Source: Tubulanus polymorphus (taxonomy: Eukaryota > Animalia > Nemertea). Taken from it: a stretch of 64,000 nucleotides of DNA. Positions 1-13,900 of the stretch are shown one piece after another. The stretch spans positions 1,054,001 through 1,118,000 of the forward strand of contig NC_134028.1 of NCBI RefSeq assembly GCF_964204645.1, given 5' to 3'. How positions within the stretch are numbered: position 1 is the stretch's first letter; the number at the start of each line of letters is the position of its first letter. Position numbers and translations under genes: made by a program. The notes below the pieces were generated by a model. It was given only the letters and a program-made list of their open reading frames with translations, was not told where the DNA came from and did not search any database.

Positions 1-242
1 GTAAATGACGCGTCCTTCCAAGTGAATACATTGATATCTAGTTTTTCTATAGAGATTGCTGACGTCACGTGTCCTACGCATTGTTCTTGTCCTACGCAAA
101 TGTTCGAAGATATAACTTCCAAAGTATCGTCAAATGATGCTTTCTTACCGTTAAATTGATTTGCCAAGTTTACCAATTGCCATTTTTTATTTTTCTTTAA
201 GTCCACTACTTTATTAGTAGCTTTTGATATACAATTCCCCAT
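1..242 (-). CDS. Possible 5' coding part of a gene running off the window edge (MGNCISKATNKVVDLKKNKKWQLVNLANQFNGKKASFDDTLEVISSNICVGQEQCVGHVTSAISIEKLDINVFTWKDASF...), with an N-myristoylation/palmitoylation-type N-terminus
   Basis: Manual translation: ATG at 242-240, then 80 codons with no stop to base 1. It is absent from the ORF track, probably because it has no stop in the window. M-G-x-C-x-S followed by a basic stretch fits the NMT consensus. No homology recognised. Confidence 0.4.
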   Translation of the reverse strand, partial: MGNCISKATNKVVDLKKNKKWQLVNLANQFNGKKASFDDTLEVISSNICVGQEQCVGHVTSAISIEKLDINVFTWKDASF

Positions 243-1182
243 GTTGCTATGGCTCGGTCGCCCGAGGATACTGCAGTAGGGCCGCTGGGAGAACTGCCTA
301 GTAACTACATGTAGTTATCTCAATCGTTTTTAACATTACAAACACATCTTTCTGAAAAATATGAATGGTTCTAAAAACGAATTCGGCAGTAACTCAGGTG
401 CCCTCAGCAGGATAAGGCTGTTTCCTTCACCATAGTGCCGAGTGATAAGCGGAATTAATTCTTACTTATTCTACTAGATGGCGACTTGGTGAAATCATAC
501 CGGCTTACGCGACTCGTCGAATTGCAGCATCAGACTATTTAGTTCCACAAAATTCCAATAGATGGCGAAAAGTGTCATTCCATTGAATTTCGACCGCGAA
601 TATTATTTTGGGACCGTAAAAAATGTGGCGTACGACTTCAGAGTGCAGGGATGGCAGAAACGTATTCAAATATGTCCGGCCATAGGAAAATGACCTCTGG
701 AATATTTTGTTGAGGCTAAAAGCAGCGGAAATGTCTCCTATAGAAAGAAAGGGGGGTACGGTTTGAGAATCGGTTTTATTATAGGTGATAAACCACGTCA
801 TACTCCAGTTAGTAGAGGTCATCAGGGTAGTCGAGAGATAAAACTGAAGTTTTTTTGGAAGAAAAATTGGAGGAACTGTGCCGACAATAACGCCCCAAAT
901 GCCACGCCACCCGTAGAGTGACGGTACCAGGCGGTTAAAATAAACAACAACAAATTTCATTTCGACTTGCATCAAAAATTTATTTATAAAACCATTTGAT
1001 AAAGGCTTAATTAACATCATCATCATATACATAAAACTGTATACAGAACACATAGAACTCTTTAACTTATGAAAAATGTATTTTTATTCAAAAGCCTAGT
1101 ATGATATATATTTGTGTTACAGGATTATTTGGTGATGGAACTCAAGCCGTGACTGGAGCACGATTCACGAGACATGTTTGAT

Positions 1183-4100
1183 TTAACACTTGAAGTTTGG
1201 TTTACCAGGCATCGTGCAGCCATTATTCTGAATGATTAAATTCGCTGCATAGTGACCGCATTTCACACACGTTTCTAAGTCTTTCTCCTGAACTAATTGA
1301 GCGAGAAAACCTGTAAAATATCAAAAATCATGAAACAAATGCTTCTCGACTAAAATGTAGGGAAAATTGCGAGAAGATACAGCGAGTGGTTCTAGGAAAA
1401 TTGCAAGAAAGGTGGCGTCCTCGGATAGGGCAGCGACATCAAAGGCTGAAAGCGGTTTCAACTGCTGCATTTTTAAAAAGAGTCAAATCTGCAAATTTTT
1501 AATTATCTCTATCTTGACAAAAGGGCAACTTCAATATGGTAAGAAGGAAAGGATTCTGGATCCCATAACAAATTCTCTAGAATTGTCAATGAGAGTGAAT
1601 TTAACATATACAAACCTCCGACAAATGCATCTCCAGCACCATTCGTATCAACGATATCTTCTGGGGCCAATTTGATCACCGGAAATTCTTTTACTTCGCC
1701 ATCTGAATGGTTACAAAAATATTTCAAACATTAGAATCTGTTGGGTCAAGCAACTTTCAATAAAGAACAATTTAAGAGGGTACTTTAAGTACCTACATTA
1801 GAAAGGACACTACATATCTAAACTAAGGGGCTGTCTGTATGAGGCTTATAGCCTTCTTTGACGGTAGATAATATGATATGATATATGACACGATATACTG
1901 AGCCCCGAGATATTCTTTATTAAGTTTGATATAACATTGATTTCTCTGACCTTTAGCGACAATAGTAGCTTTATCTCCTTGAGTTATGACAACCATTCGA
2001 CTTCTTTTATCATTCTTTTTTGGAAGTGCGGCAACTTTCAGCGCTATTTCTTTCAAATCTTCAGTCTACATGAACCAAAAGAGAATTAATCAGTAAGATT
2101 CGTTTCCTAGAAATACACTTTTGAAATTGACCGAAACATTTGATTCCTTACATTGAATTTTTGCTGTTCGGAAAATTTAAGGAATTCAGTTTCATTACCG
2201 AACAGAGTATCGACGTACGGCATAGCTTGCATCTGTGGTTCTTTGAAGAATTCACAGAGGAATGGAGCTGACAAGTTCATCATGAAATGTTTGTTCTTTT
2301 CGCAGGCGTGTTTTCCTACTTCCATGATAGTTTCTGGACTGACAGTGAGGAAAAAACCCTGAAATAAATCAGAAATTATATACATTTTAAACAAAGTAAA
2401 CAACACCGACAGTGGTGTTGGAATCGCAGGGACTGCAATGCGCCAATAATTTACTGAATCACGTTTTTTTTCTTTGAATACTATGAGGTAAATTGGCTGC
2501 AGCAAAATATGACAGACTGAAACCCTGTCAAAAATCTGCTGCAGCAATCAAAAAATTGCTTCCAACACGCCTGACAATCAATCCTCGATTATCAGTTTTT
2601 TAACCTAATTTAAAATCATCAATTACAAAGATTGAGTCCATTGTTTCAATTTAAATTAAGTTCAGTGATCCTCTTCCACCCTTGATTATTAACCAACAAA
2701 ACATAACTGCAAAAGTGGTAGATTAAATCAATGAAGTGGATATACTTACTGCGATGTAATAGTAAAGTGCACTTTCTAAGAGAGCCTGGTTTTTCTCATC
2801 GTCGAGGTGGTCCTTCGTAAAATGATTAGCAGCCGCTAAATTTGCGCACAATGATCTACAATAACAAATGTATCAACTTATCAGTTTCATGAATGAATTC
2901 CGAGGCTTACGGGTATAATAACAACTTCAAATACAATCTCCGTAATGCTGGAACTACAAAATAGGCCTCCGCGGTCATAGAGGTCATCTAGAGGTCATCT
3001 ATAGGGCACGATTGATTTCTCAGGTCACATTCAGAGAGGCGCAGTGGCCGAGTGGTTTAAGCCGCTGGTCACTGGTCTCGTCAATCCAGGGTTTATGGGT
3101 TTTCATTTAACATCGAACCTGCTTAAAATGCCCTGCGTGGCGCTTAGTGGGTTGAGGGTGTTAAAATAAAAATTTTAAAAAAATTGAATTTGTCGATATT
3201 TTAAATGTTTTTCTTGTTCTCACCGATTGGATCCATTGATGAGTACAGCACATGTTCCTGTAGCATGTGTCTTGTTGATCTGGTAACGCGTATTCACGCC
3301 CAACTCTTGCGTTTTATCCGCGAGAATTTTACCGAATTCATCGTCTCCAATCGAACCCATATATAACGTAGCATTCTTCACGCCTAGCAACCACTATAAA
3401 TAAATACATACTCACACTTAGAGATTTCAGATATTTACAAAGCGCTCAGAATCCGGGTCGGAAAAATGTTTCACTCCTGCATCCGTTAAATTAATTCCGT
3501 TCATCTTTCATTTGATTTTCAAGTTAATCGTATGTGTGAAACTAGACCCTGCTCTACATGTAGTTCTCACTAAAGATTTGACTCTGAAGCAGACCTGCCA
3601 AACCTATCAGTACACATGGACACAATACCGGGGGTGAGGAAAAATGAAGAATAAAGCAATTTTTAGAGGGACAATAAAATTGTTTCAAGGACAGCAATAG
3701 ATTTTCATTTGTCATCAAAAAACACAAGCAGGGACACGACAGTCCCTGACAATCAGGGACATTTGGCAACTCTGCTAAAGGTTATTACAAAACTTAGTAC
3801 TATGGAATCAGGTCTAAGACTGTAGAGTTTTTGAGGTAAAAGTTTTAACTCAGAACTATGGAATCAGGTCTAAGACTGTACAGTTGTTGAGATAAAAGTT
3901 TTAACTCAGAATTATGGAATCAGGTCTAAGACTGTACAGTTGTTGAGATAAAAGTTTTAACTCAGAACTATGGAATCAGGTCTAAGACTGTACAGTTGTT
4001 GAGATAAAAGTTTTAACTCAGAACTATGGAATCAGGTCTAAGACTGTACAGTTGTTGAGGTAAAAGTTTTAACTCAGAACTATGGAATCAGGTCTAAGAC

Positions 4101-4972
4101 TGTAGAGTTGTTGAGGTCGCAGTTTTAATTACCTGAGCGACTTTGATGCTGTTTTGCGTTGCTCCACCAGGAATATATTCAACATCGTATTTTTCCACAA
4201 TTTTCTTATACCTGAAACAAAATAAATCAATATCTCATAAATTGAACTTCGATTAAAGAACACGATGATAAAACCTGAAAGATTAAGGTCTGGAGGTCGT
4301 AGGTGATAAAATTTGACATATCAAACATCATTCGGTTTAAGTATGTCTGAATCGGTTGAAGAAATATGACGGGTTAATGTGATCACTTACATAGGAACAT
4401 GTTTATCTTCAGCCAGAATAGCATCGTTAGGCTTCAATCCATACCTGCAGAAATATAACAAATCATCTAGAATATTCCAACATTTTCAGCAATGAATTGA
4501 TGAAAGAATGGATTTTAGAGCAGGATTTTATACTATCGTTGACATAAAACTATTCAATCAATGACTCAGCCATTTCTTTTGTTATTATCAAATCTTAATA
4601 CATTTAACATTCTTTTATCATCGCAACTGTCAAATCTCTAGGTCTACCAACAATAAAATGTAATTGGCCAAACGCATGATTTATCGAATATAAGCACAAA
4701 TGCCGATTCATCACTCAGCCTAGGCGTAATTACATAGGAATAAGGATTTATCACTGATACATACTCTTCTAATAAGCCATCTTTCTCTTCTAATGTTGCC
4801 GATATATCCAAAAGGGGATTTCCCATTCCAAACAGCATACCTTCTCTGAAAGTGCAATACAATAAAAATATATAACAGACTCCAAATAAATTTCAGGCAT
4901 TTTGAATAAAAGATATAGTGAAAATTTGAACAAAGTGCAAGTTTTGACTTGTCAATTTTACCTGACAGCCAT
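1183..4972 (-). CDS. ADK: Adenosine kinase (PfkB/ribokinase family), about 10 coding exons
   Basis: Exons approx 4962-4972 (MAVR), 4765-4845 (EGMLFGMGNPLLDISA), 4391-4444, 4133-4211 (PGGATQNSIKVAQ), 3224-3393, 2750-2855 (SLCANLAAANHF), 2152-2358 (GFFLTVSPE...NLSAPFLCEFFKE...FGNETE), 1951-2065 (RMVVITQG), 1616-1702 (PfkB signature DTNGAGDAFVGG) and 1183-1310 (GFLAQLV...PNFKC*). Boundaries are GT-AG. Confidence 0.96.
3036..3170 (+). mobile_element. Truncated tRNA-derived SINE-like element in an ADK intron
   Basis: GGCGCAGTGGCCGAGTGGTTTAAGCCGCTGG resembles a tRNA 5' half with a Pol III A-box (TGGCCGAGTGG). The B-box is degenerate and the element ends in an A-rich tail (ttaaaataaaaa). No complete cloverleaf. 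Confidence 0.5.
3799..4128. repeat. 56-bp minisatellite, about 6 copies, in an ADK intron
   Basis: Unit actatggaatcaggtctaagactgtacagttgttgagataaaagttttaactcaga recurs at 3799, 3855, 3911, 3967, 4023 and 4079. Confidence 0.95.
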
Positions 4973-7015
4973 TCTGCAAGTTTACTGTAGTATGATATAG
5001 ACTAGAGTGGTATATGGAGAGGACTGTCAAACCAGATGTGACTTGCATATATACTACAGTACAGGCTAGCTTACTATCTGTAGAGGGGACAAAGCTAACA
5101 GACCCTCAATCATGTTTGAGTTTATTCTTACTAAAATGAACTATTTCAACTCCAAATACTTATTTCTACTGTTTTAATCGCAAATTAATTTTCATGTTCA
5201 CCGGCAATAAAATCATGAAATCAGAGCGGATTCTTTTAAGAAGGAATGGAATATGAATATGAACCCCCTCGAAGATATAGGTCAGTCTATCTCTGTCTAA
5301 TGATTGCACAGTCAGTCAGTCCGAGCCGGCGCCTCTAATCCGAAAGGTCGTTTCAGGTCATTCGGTGGCAAATTCAAATGATTCCAGATCCTGAAATCTT
5401 TGACAATTCATAACTGCCTGACGTTACTACAAGCTTCACTCCAGTTTTGTTGTCTTTGAGACTTGGAGTTCAATCAAAGACCACCAAAGAAAGGACCGCG
5501 CGGGGAAGGAATGCCGGTCGTGATCCTGTTTTAAGCTAATCACAGTATGAAACACGCTATTTTGAATTAAATAAACATCTACCGTATTGACGTGACATCT
5601 GGCTTGTGCTTTTTTGGTTCTGGTTCCCCCATTATATCGTCCTAAAATCACTTTTTAGCTCAGCAGAGAAGTACGACGCCGCAGTATATCCCTGGTTTAG
5701 TTATACACGCTATCAATAGATGGCAGAATGATACAGCGCGGGCGGGTGGAGTCTGACAGTTTGGCGCGAAGCTTCAAAAAAGTATCCGCATCCATCCTCT
5801 TTTTGGCATCAGGTCCAACCAATCAAATAAAGAAAAAACACCAGTTCACGCAAAATTGAACAGTTTATTTGTTTGTACACATGTATATAACAACTTAAAA
5901 TATCATCGTGATAATACTAAAGATTACAAATACACAGAAGTCAGAACAAGCAGAGAAAGTGAAGAAAATACCGGTTCATAGTTATCAGAATACAGAGAAA
6001 CTTAGTTTATGGCACGATTATCAGCAAAAATATCTGAACTAATTGGGAATGGACGCTTAATTCGAACATCTTTTAAATAATTTATCACACAAGATTATAA
6101 TGGCACCTGATCTGTTAAACGGTAACATTTTGGAATTCTTGAATATTTGGGGAAACTATTGATTTGAAATACACGTTCCAAGTCCATAAAAGAAACAAGA
6201 ATGCCAAACTTTTTACGATATATTCAGTTGGTCCCAAAACAATAAGATGATAGCGTGCGATATTGAAGTCAATGGACGGCGAATAATTGATAGACAAGCA
6301 GAAATTGAGCACCAGATAGCAAGAAACAGAATTAGAATCCGATCGTTAAGACAGGATGCAAAAACTTTTAAATACATTTATGTATGAAGAAAAGATGAAA
6401 ATTCAACATTCATATATGAAGATTACAGTAATTGAGAGAAAGTTTCAAAGAGATTTAATTAAATTGTATACACCAAAAGTAGTTTTTAGGCTGATATCAA
6501 CATTTGAGCAAAATCTAGCTAACTTATACATGTAGAACTCGTATTAATTATGCTTTTGGAACATGAAAAGTAGCTTAATTGCTATGAGAGGTGGAGTGTG
6601 TATGGGGGAGGCTTTCATGATCAGTATCTACTAAAAACCAATAGATACATGGCGTTTAATGGAATGTTCAAGGAATAGTGACAAGAACTGAGATCAGCCC
6701 ATTCAAAAGTGAATCTTCCATACAAAATTTTAGGGCTATGAAGTTTTGGGCAGTTCAATACGATATGTAAAATTCTTGGATAATCTATTAAGTAAATACT
6801 GTTTAATTATGATATTGCATGAAATCAAACATTTATGTGCCTGTAATAGATGTGGAATATATCAAGGGTAGGCCTAATGCTTGCGTGAACCCATTATAAA
6901 ATATTGTATTTCTTACAAATATGGTAACTATACAATCATTAAATAAATACATCATCTATATTGTTAAAGCTATATCAAATGATTACATAATAGTTTATTC
7001 ATAAATAAAACACTT

Positions 7016-7140
7016 GGACGCAGTTGCACAGTTAGTCCAAAAGGGGTCTTAAATCATAAGGCCGGTTTTAAGTTGACTATAGAACTAAGATAGATTAGAC
7101 TGGTTTTATTAAATCTAAGCCTTCGCTGTGCAACTGTCTC
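7016..7140. mobile_element. Palindromic MITE-like element in the PTPN13 3' UTR
   Basis: Terminal inverted cores cagttgcacag ... ctgtgcaactg. A similar degenerate element lies at ~9065-9145. Confidence 0.55.
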
Positions 7141-7940
7141 TTAGTTTCCCAAATCCTTCAGAGCTGTTTGTAACTTAAGTATTTAGCTGATACGTATATG
7201 AAGAAAATTTAATACTGAGGTTTGTAATATACTGGTGATATGTGTCTAATTCAGTTTTGGGAAGACATAGAAATGTTCGCAAACATCGTACACCCCCGAG
7301 ACAAGCAAAATCAGACTAGAGAAATATATGTGGAGGTCCTGTTAAAATTTTTGCACAGAGAAAATTGTTTTCTTGAGATTTTAGACGATTTTCGGTAAAT
7401 CAATAAATAATATCACACGTGATTAGAACGGACACAAGTTTCACATGATCCGATTTTAAAGCAACGTTTTAAAGTAAGTAGCATTTAAACATGACAGATT
7501 TCAACAATTAATATTGAAAGAAAATATAAATACTTTTATCGTAATCAACATTTCCATAACAAAAACGGAAGACCAACAAAGCGCGAGCCTAAAGGAAAAC
7601 AAATCTATTTCATTTAACGAATACAAATGTCTTTCTTTTCCTAAGATTTCTACTCTAATATTGCACAACACTTTGACTATCAAAACCAATAACTAGTTTC
7701 AAATTTGACCTCTGAACAGTACAGAAACCAACCAAATATTTATACTTTGAATTGACAGTTCAGAGTAGTTAACATTTATAGAGTTAAAGATTATTATCCA
7801 CAAGAAACTTTGAGGGTACAATGAATATCTAGAGTTAGATAATATAAAACAATCATAAATTGTGAAAACTGTACATGATGTGGATTATTCACATTGATGT
7901 TACTCAGATAGTGTTGAATCAGACACGCTGATGAATTTTA

Positions 7941-10900
7941 CTAATTAAATTCTCTTAATGACTTCAATAACTCGATTACTGCCAAATAAATGAAAACATA
8001 TTGATCCTGAAAAATATTCAACAAAAAACAAACATTAATCACTTATAAAAAGTGAAAATCTGGAATTTAAAAAGAATTGAAATTCTTCATCTACAAACCT
8101 TGGTCTGAACCATGCCTTGTCGCCTTTCTCTTAGTTCCGTTACCATTTCACTGATATCAAACTAGAATAACATACAGAATTAGTGATCGAATCATGGAAT
8201 CTTACGATGTGAATATTTCTAGATTGAAGTTCTTACCTCGAGATCCTTTTCAATGTGACGTCGCACCAGATCTATAGCGAACATCGCCCCCGTGCGGCCA
8301 ATACCGGCACTACAATGAGCAAACATCGGACCGGAACCGCAATAAATATTCATCAGCTTCATAAACTGAAAATAGAGCAATAACAGATTCAGATCAATCA
8401 CAACTGAGGAAGTTTGACTTTACGAGAAATTAAAATGGAGGATTGAAGATTATGAAAATTGTTGGGAAATTCAGTTGAATTTACCTCCAGTAACGGTCTA
8501 GCAGAGCTGGGAGTGCCGTGGTCAGGCCAACTGGTATAATACATATGCATTACTGTTCTACTCATACCGGAATCTATATCTTCAATGTGTATCTCACGTA
8601 GTTCAAAGTTTTCAAGGATTTGTAACTTTTTCAAACTGATTTCATATCTACGAAAATAAATTCAGCAACGTCTTTATAAATTCTAGAAAATCTAACAGTT
8701 TTATTAAACGGTTTAACGGTGAAAACTCACTTGTTATAAACAGTGAATGGAGTTTCTATCGAATCGGGCCAGTATCGATGACATTTCACTTTTCCGCTCT
8801 CAATATCTTGCGTAACCATCGCGATCACCGAAATCCGATACTCCCAAATCATTCTCCAGAAATCGCCGGTCGTCTGCGGAAGTGGACCCTGGCTAGCGAT
8901 GTAATGATAAATTTCCTGCCCGATCGGTATCTTCAGATCACTAGCATTGATATAGCTATTCGGTTCAGACAGAATCACTCTATTCAAATCATCTGCAATT
9001 ATAAATCACAACATTCATACCAGGGCTTAACATTTTAATAGTGATTGAGTCTTTTTAAAGATGAGAGGTCAGTTGCGCTGTTTTGAAGTCGAGTCTTCTG
9101 ATTTCAGAGTAGAGACAACTTTAAAATCACGACAGTGCAACTCAGTTGGTTGAAGAATAACGTGGTAACAATTCACTTATGAGTGTATGATTTGTAGGTT
9201 ACTGATAAACATCTCATTCATTGAATCAGTGGCCCTTCATTAGTATTAGATGCTTATCATATGCAATACTGATGATACTTTAATGAAATATAAAGCTATT
9301 CTGTAAAATGGGTCCCTGAGGCCAATCCCACAATCGAGACTGAAGTCAGAAACTAATCATTAATCTTAAGACTGGACTTCAATTGGTTATTGCTCTTAGG
9401 CTGGTATTAAATCAAAGCCATGAGAATGGAACCGGACCAAGCCAAACAAACATTCACTACTCACAAGGTAAAACGTTTCTATATCTGTTTTTTGGTTTGT
9501 TCTCGGGCTGTTTAGCGATGTCACACATATCGGTCGGTGGTAAGTGCCGTATTTGTTTATATTGTTCAACAGCGTCGCCGTTATTGATCTGTTGTTGTAA
9601 GTCATTGATAACCGTGTCTAGAGCGTCTGCCTGAGCGTAAAGCCGTCCGCGAGGTTTATCCATGAACAACGACACATTCGCTAACCACTCGTCCGACAGA
9701 GTTTCCGGAACGTCTCCCACCGATTTATTATCGACGAGCGACGAGTTGACGTCGTTAAACTCGTTCGAAAACTCGGAATCGCATTCGTCGTCCTCGGACG
9801 CTTTCGTAACCGTCGGCGATACATTGTTCACTTTAATATTACCGTTTAACGAATCAGTGACGTTCAGCGGTAATTCTTTAGCGGGTAACGACACGTCTGC
9901 AGCGAGCGGAGACTCGATCTCATCGTTAGAGTCCGTTACAAAATTCGAATCGTCGGGTATCTCGTCGAGCGTCGCTGACTCTATCTCGCTATCCGTATCG
10001 TCCGGTATTTCCCGTTCGTTGATTGGTCGAACTGAATCGATCAATCGACGTAAAGCTTTACTACTTTCATCTTCCAAATCATCATCGTTCGCCGCGCTTC
10101 GACATAAACTCGAATTCGAAGCCGCTAGTTTGGTCTGTAATAACTCAACGCCGGATAATGCATCGTTCTCTGATTGACTTCCAGGACTAGTCGTCTCTCT
10201 CGCAGGAGGCCTATATAAACAATATTAGAAATCATTATAATCTTAATGTTTGAGTTCAGCAGCTCATCTGTGCTTATCATCTAAAGACTTACATCAGGGC
10301 CCAGTTTCACAAAAAGGTTTAACTCTTAAATCGATTTAATTTCTTCATTAATTCAGTTTATCTAAATCGATTTAGGCCTTAATCCTTTCTGTGAAACTGG
10401 GTTCAGGTATGAACTATCGAAACTAACGGAGCTAGGCCACTGACTGTCCTTTCAAACAAGTTGAAATAGACATTAGTTACTGATATCTCCTGACAAGGAA
10501 ACATTACTGATGCTGGATATGTACTGTACCTCGATACAGCCAGTGTAACGGTGCCTTTAGTTTTTCTCAACGTTGCAACAGCTTTGTTCGGACTAACGCC
10601 GATAAATGAATCGCCATTAACCTAAAAATACGTGTCATACAGGTTATAATATTTCAATAACAAGAGAAAAATCAACAAAGCAATGAATTTGTAGCAATAA
10701 AGACACGAGTAACATAATAATACATTGGTGTTGATGTTGATGCAACCATTGATGAAACACTCCCAGTTAATGGTTACAGAGTCCAAAAGATGACTAGTTG
10801 AATATGAGCTAAGGAAACTTTCATGGAATCTTTTTACTATCAGTACACAGGTGAACATGAAACACCGAGCTACAGTCCATGAAACACCGAGCTACAGTCC

Positions 10901-13900
10901 ATGAAACACCGAGCTACAGTCAATGAAACACCGAGCTACAGTCCATGAAACACCGAGCTACAGTCTCGATGAAACACCGAGCTACAGTCAATGAAACACC
11001 GAGCTACAGTCAATGAAACACCGAGCTACAGTCCATGAAACACCGAGCTATCTCTACCTGTAATAAACGATCGCCTTTCTTCAATCGGCCGTCGATATCA
11101 GCGACACTTCCAGGTGTAATAGATATAACACATATACCAGTAGAGTTTCCCTTCTCTCCTCCAGCCACTCCAAAACCTAATCCACTTCCAGCTGGTTTCA
11201 CTAATTCTAACCATATTACACCACTCTGTGCGCGTTAAAGAAAATTAAATAATTCAGTTCGATTTGTGATAAAACAGGACCCAGTACAGGGGCATAGCCA
11301 GCCTTTCTGAGTAATGAAACCTCGGCTTTGCCAGTGCAGTTCCACAGTAGGAGTTAACATTCAACTCCAGAGTCAAATTCAGTTAATTACTATTACTTTT
11401 AGAGATAAATGTTGCACATTCTACTCAGTATGAATACCTCAGGATCATAGATATCCCAGTCTGATGGTGAAGTCATCTGAGCTTCATCTACGAGAGAAGT
11501 TTCAGCTTGTACTGCTGCTTCAGTTCCAGTATTCCTCTCCGTCTGAACAGATGAGTCATCCGTGTTGTTGTTATTTTTCTGCCCGTAATTATACGGAGTA
11601 ATCACGTTTTTTCCTTCCTTTTGGTCGAGATTTTTAATCAAGTCTTCGATTGCGTTTTGTTTCGGTTTCACGATGACTCGCGGTTGAATAATTTCTTCTT
11701 CCTCGGAAGAAGACAAATCACTGATATCCTGAAAAAAAAGTAGACACTTCATTGTAGTAAGTATTCCAGCATTTTATCGATGCAATAATTTTTCTTATAA
11801 GTTGTAGATTCTTCGATTTTAATCAATTTCTAGTCAAACTTTTTTCTTTTTATTCCATCAGAGATTAGAAAAATAAAACAAATTTAGAATTTTGTTTGTT
11901 TTGTGAATTAACGCAGTACATTAATGAAATGATAAAAGGATTCTAAATGTATGAGTAAATAGTGTATAAATGTACTTGTTTTTCAGAGAATTGTTTGTTT
12001 CATGTTCCAGTTTTATACGATTTCAATTAACTACTTCTAAAGCTAAAATTGGTCGCGTGCCAGTACGCTGAGAACCTCCCTCATTATGTAATGAACATGA
12101 TTTCTGACATTTTTGCAATTCATTTCATGATCTTACAACAAAATACAATAAGATCATGTTTGGTTGATAATTCTGGTCTAGTGATTCATGTTAGGTATGA
12201 TTCTGAGCGTACGCTATCGGCCTAAAATATAATGATCTAATTTCAGAACTCAGCTACACCATACTGCAGTTCTAAAGCCATGCATACAGACTGCATTTCT
12301 CAAAGACTTAAGACATTTTCATAGAAAGGACTACGTTATATGTCTAAATTCTACTGGTCAATCATTTGAGTATTATTCATAGTCAATCAGATTTATTGAA
12401 TTAATGAAGGATAATCAGAGTAAAGCAGAGAGAGAGATAGAGTGCGTACCATCCCGGGATATCGAGCACTGATTTGATTGTACCTGATTGTGACAGCATG
12501 GAAGACTAAAACTGTTAGCTATACCACTCACCGCTTTACCCCGTATTGATAATTTCATACCCTGCCCATGGGCGCTGTGTAAAGACACAGTTTTGGGCTA
12601 CAAGACAGCGTAGATACAAATATTGAATTGAGAATAAAAATAGAGAACATAATTTTTAACATTCGCAGAGAACAAAATGAGAGAAAGATGACAGCAATTT
12701 TGTGTTGTAGTTGCGCATGATAATTATGATAATAAGCTGAAAGTAAAAGCAAAATACGACACAAAGCTAAATCTCCTCCTCCTTAATGAAGCTCAGATTC
12801 AGAACAGAGTTTATTTCTGTTTATGAAACCCAAAGAGCGAAGGACAAAATAATTTCAATAATAAGGAACTTGATTAAAATGTTTACACAAATTCTCGACG
12901 ATAAAACAATAAATAAAAGAAAGAAATGAGTGAAAATCGTACCATTATTTTCGGGGAAGGCATCGGGCTTCTTTTCATCGGAGTTCGTGGATTTCGTTGA
13001 ACTCTTATTTTCACCTCATTCGGAGTCGAACGCAATAAATTCACGGCATCAAAATGAGTTAAATTCGTCATATCGCGACCGTTCACCTAGAAATAATCAA
13101 ACCAAACACTTGTGTGAGGATAATAAGAGAAACAGTGCGAGTGCTAGACCTGTGTCCGGTGTGAATGTATGCAAATGAATGTAGAGAACATTTGAGGGAC
13201 TTTCATAAGATTTTCAGAGCTGGTCAGATCGAGATCAGGCCCGTAGCGTCAGAGATACGATCATAGGTTCAGTTTTAATGTCGGTGGAAATGAGTGAGGG
13301 TCTGAGGCTCTCCTCCGAACCCTCCCCCACGCTACAGGCACATTGTCTCCAGTATTATTCACTGAGTATTGTATCATATCCTGTCATTGAACCAATTAAA
13401 CCAGCCGTGATTAACGGGAGCCGTGATTAACGGGAGTGAAGCAGGAATGAAGCAGGAATGAAGCAGGATTGGAGCAGGGGATTGATTACCATGATGATTT
13501 TATCGCCCGGCTGCAGCTGTCCGTTAGAAAGCGCCGGCTCTTGAACAATCTCTTTCACGTAACAACCGTTAGTCGTGTTTCCACCACCGGCGACTTTAAA
13601 CCCGAGACCTCCGCCATCCGGTTTAACGAGCGTCACTTCTATTTCCTGATTCACATAAAAATAAAATATATCCTTTAAGTTCAATTCCAGAATTAATGAA
13701 TGTTATATGAATATAAATACACCAGTGTTTTACATATGAATATATGCATACAGTAGAGACGGATCAATATTATTGATATTTTCGTTTAAGCGTAAAAAGA
13801 CCAATTATATCCGATATAGAATATCGTACTAATCATAATACTAATACACGTGAGCATTAAATAGTAATCTTACTCCTTCTTTCAATCGTTCATCATTAAT

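Noticed and set aside
535-1053. 172-aa minus-strand ORF
   Set aside because: It overlaps the ADK 3' UTR/poly(A) region, starts at a non-ATG codon and has no recognisable motif. It is probably a chance ORF or promoter DNA.
3036-3110. Functional tRNA genes here and at 49302-49364
   Set aside because: An A-box is present, but the acceptor and T stems cannot be completed. They are treated as SINE or pseudogene heads.
9662-10177. Plus-strand Ser-rich ORFs antisense to real exons (also 22020-22388 and the minus-strand ORFs at 57183-58478)
   Set aside because: These are shadow or alternate-frame ORFs of genuine coding exons.
12440-12580. Possible PTPN13 micro-exons
   Set aside because: Candidate AG/GT-bounded segments would shift frame or include a stop between phase-0 flanking exons. 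Unsupported without RNA-seq.
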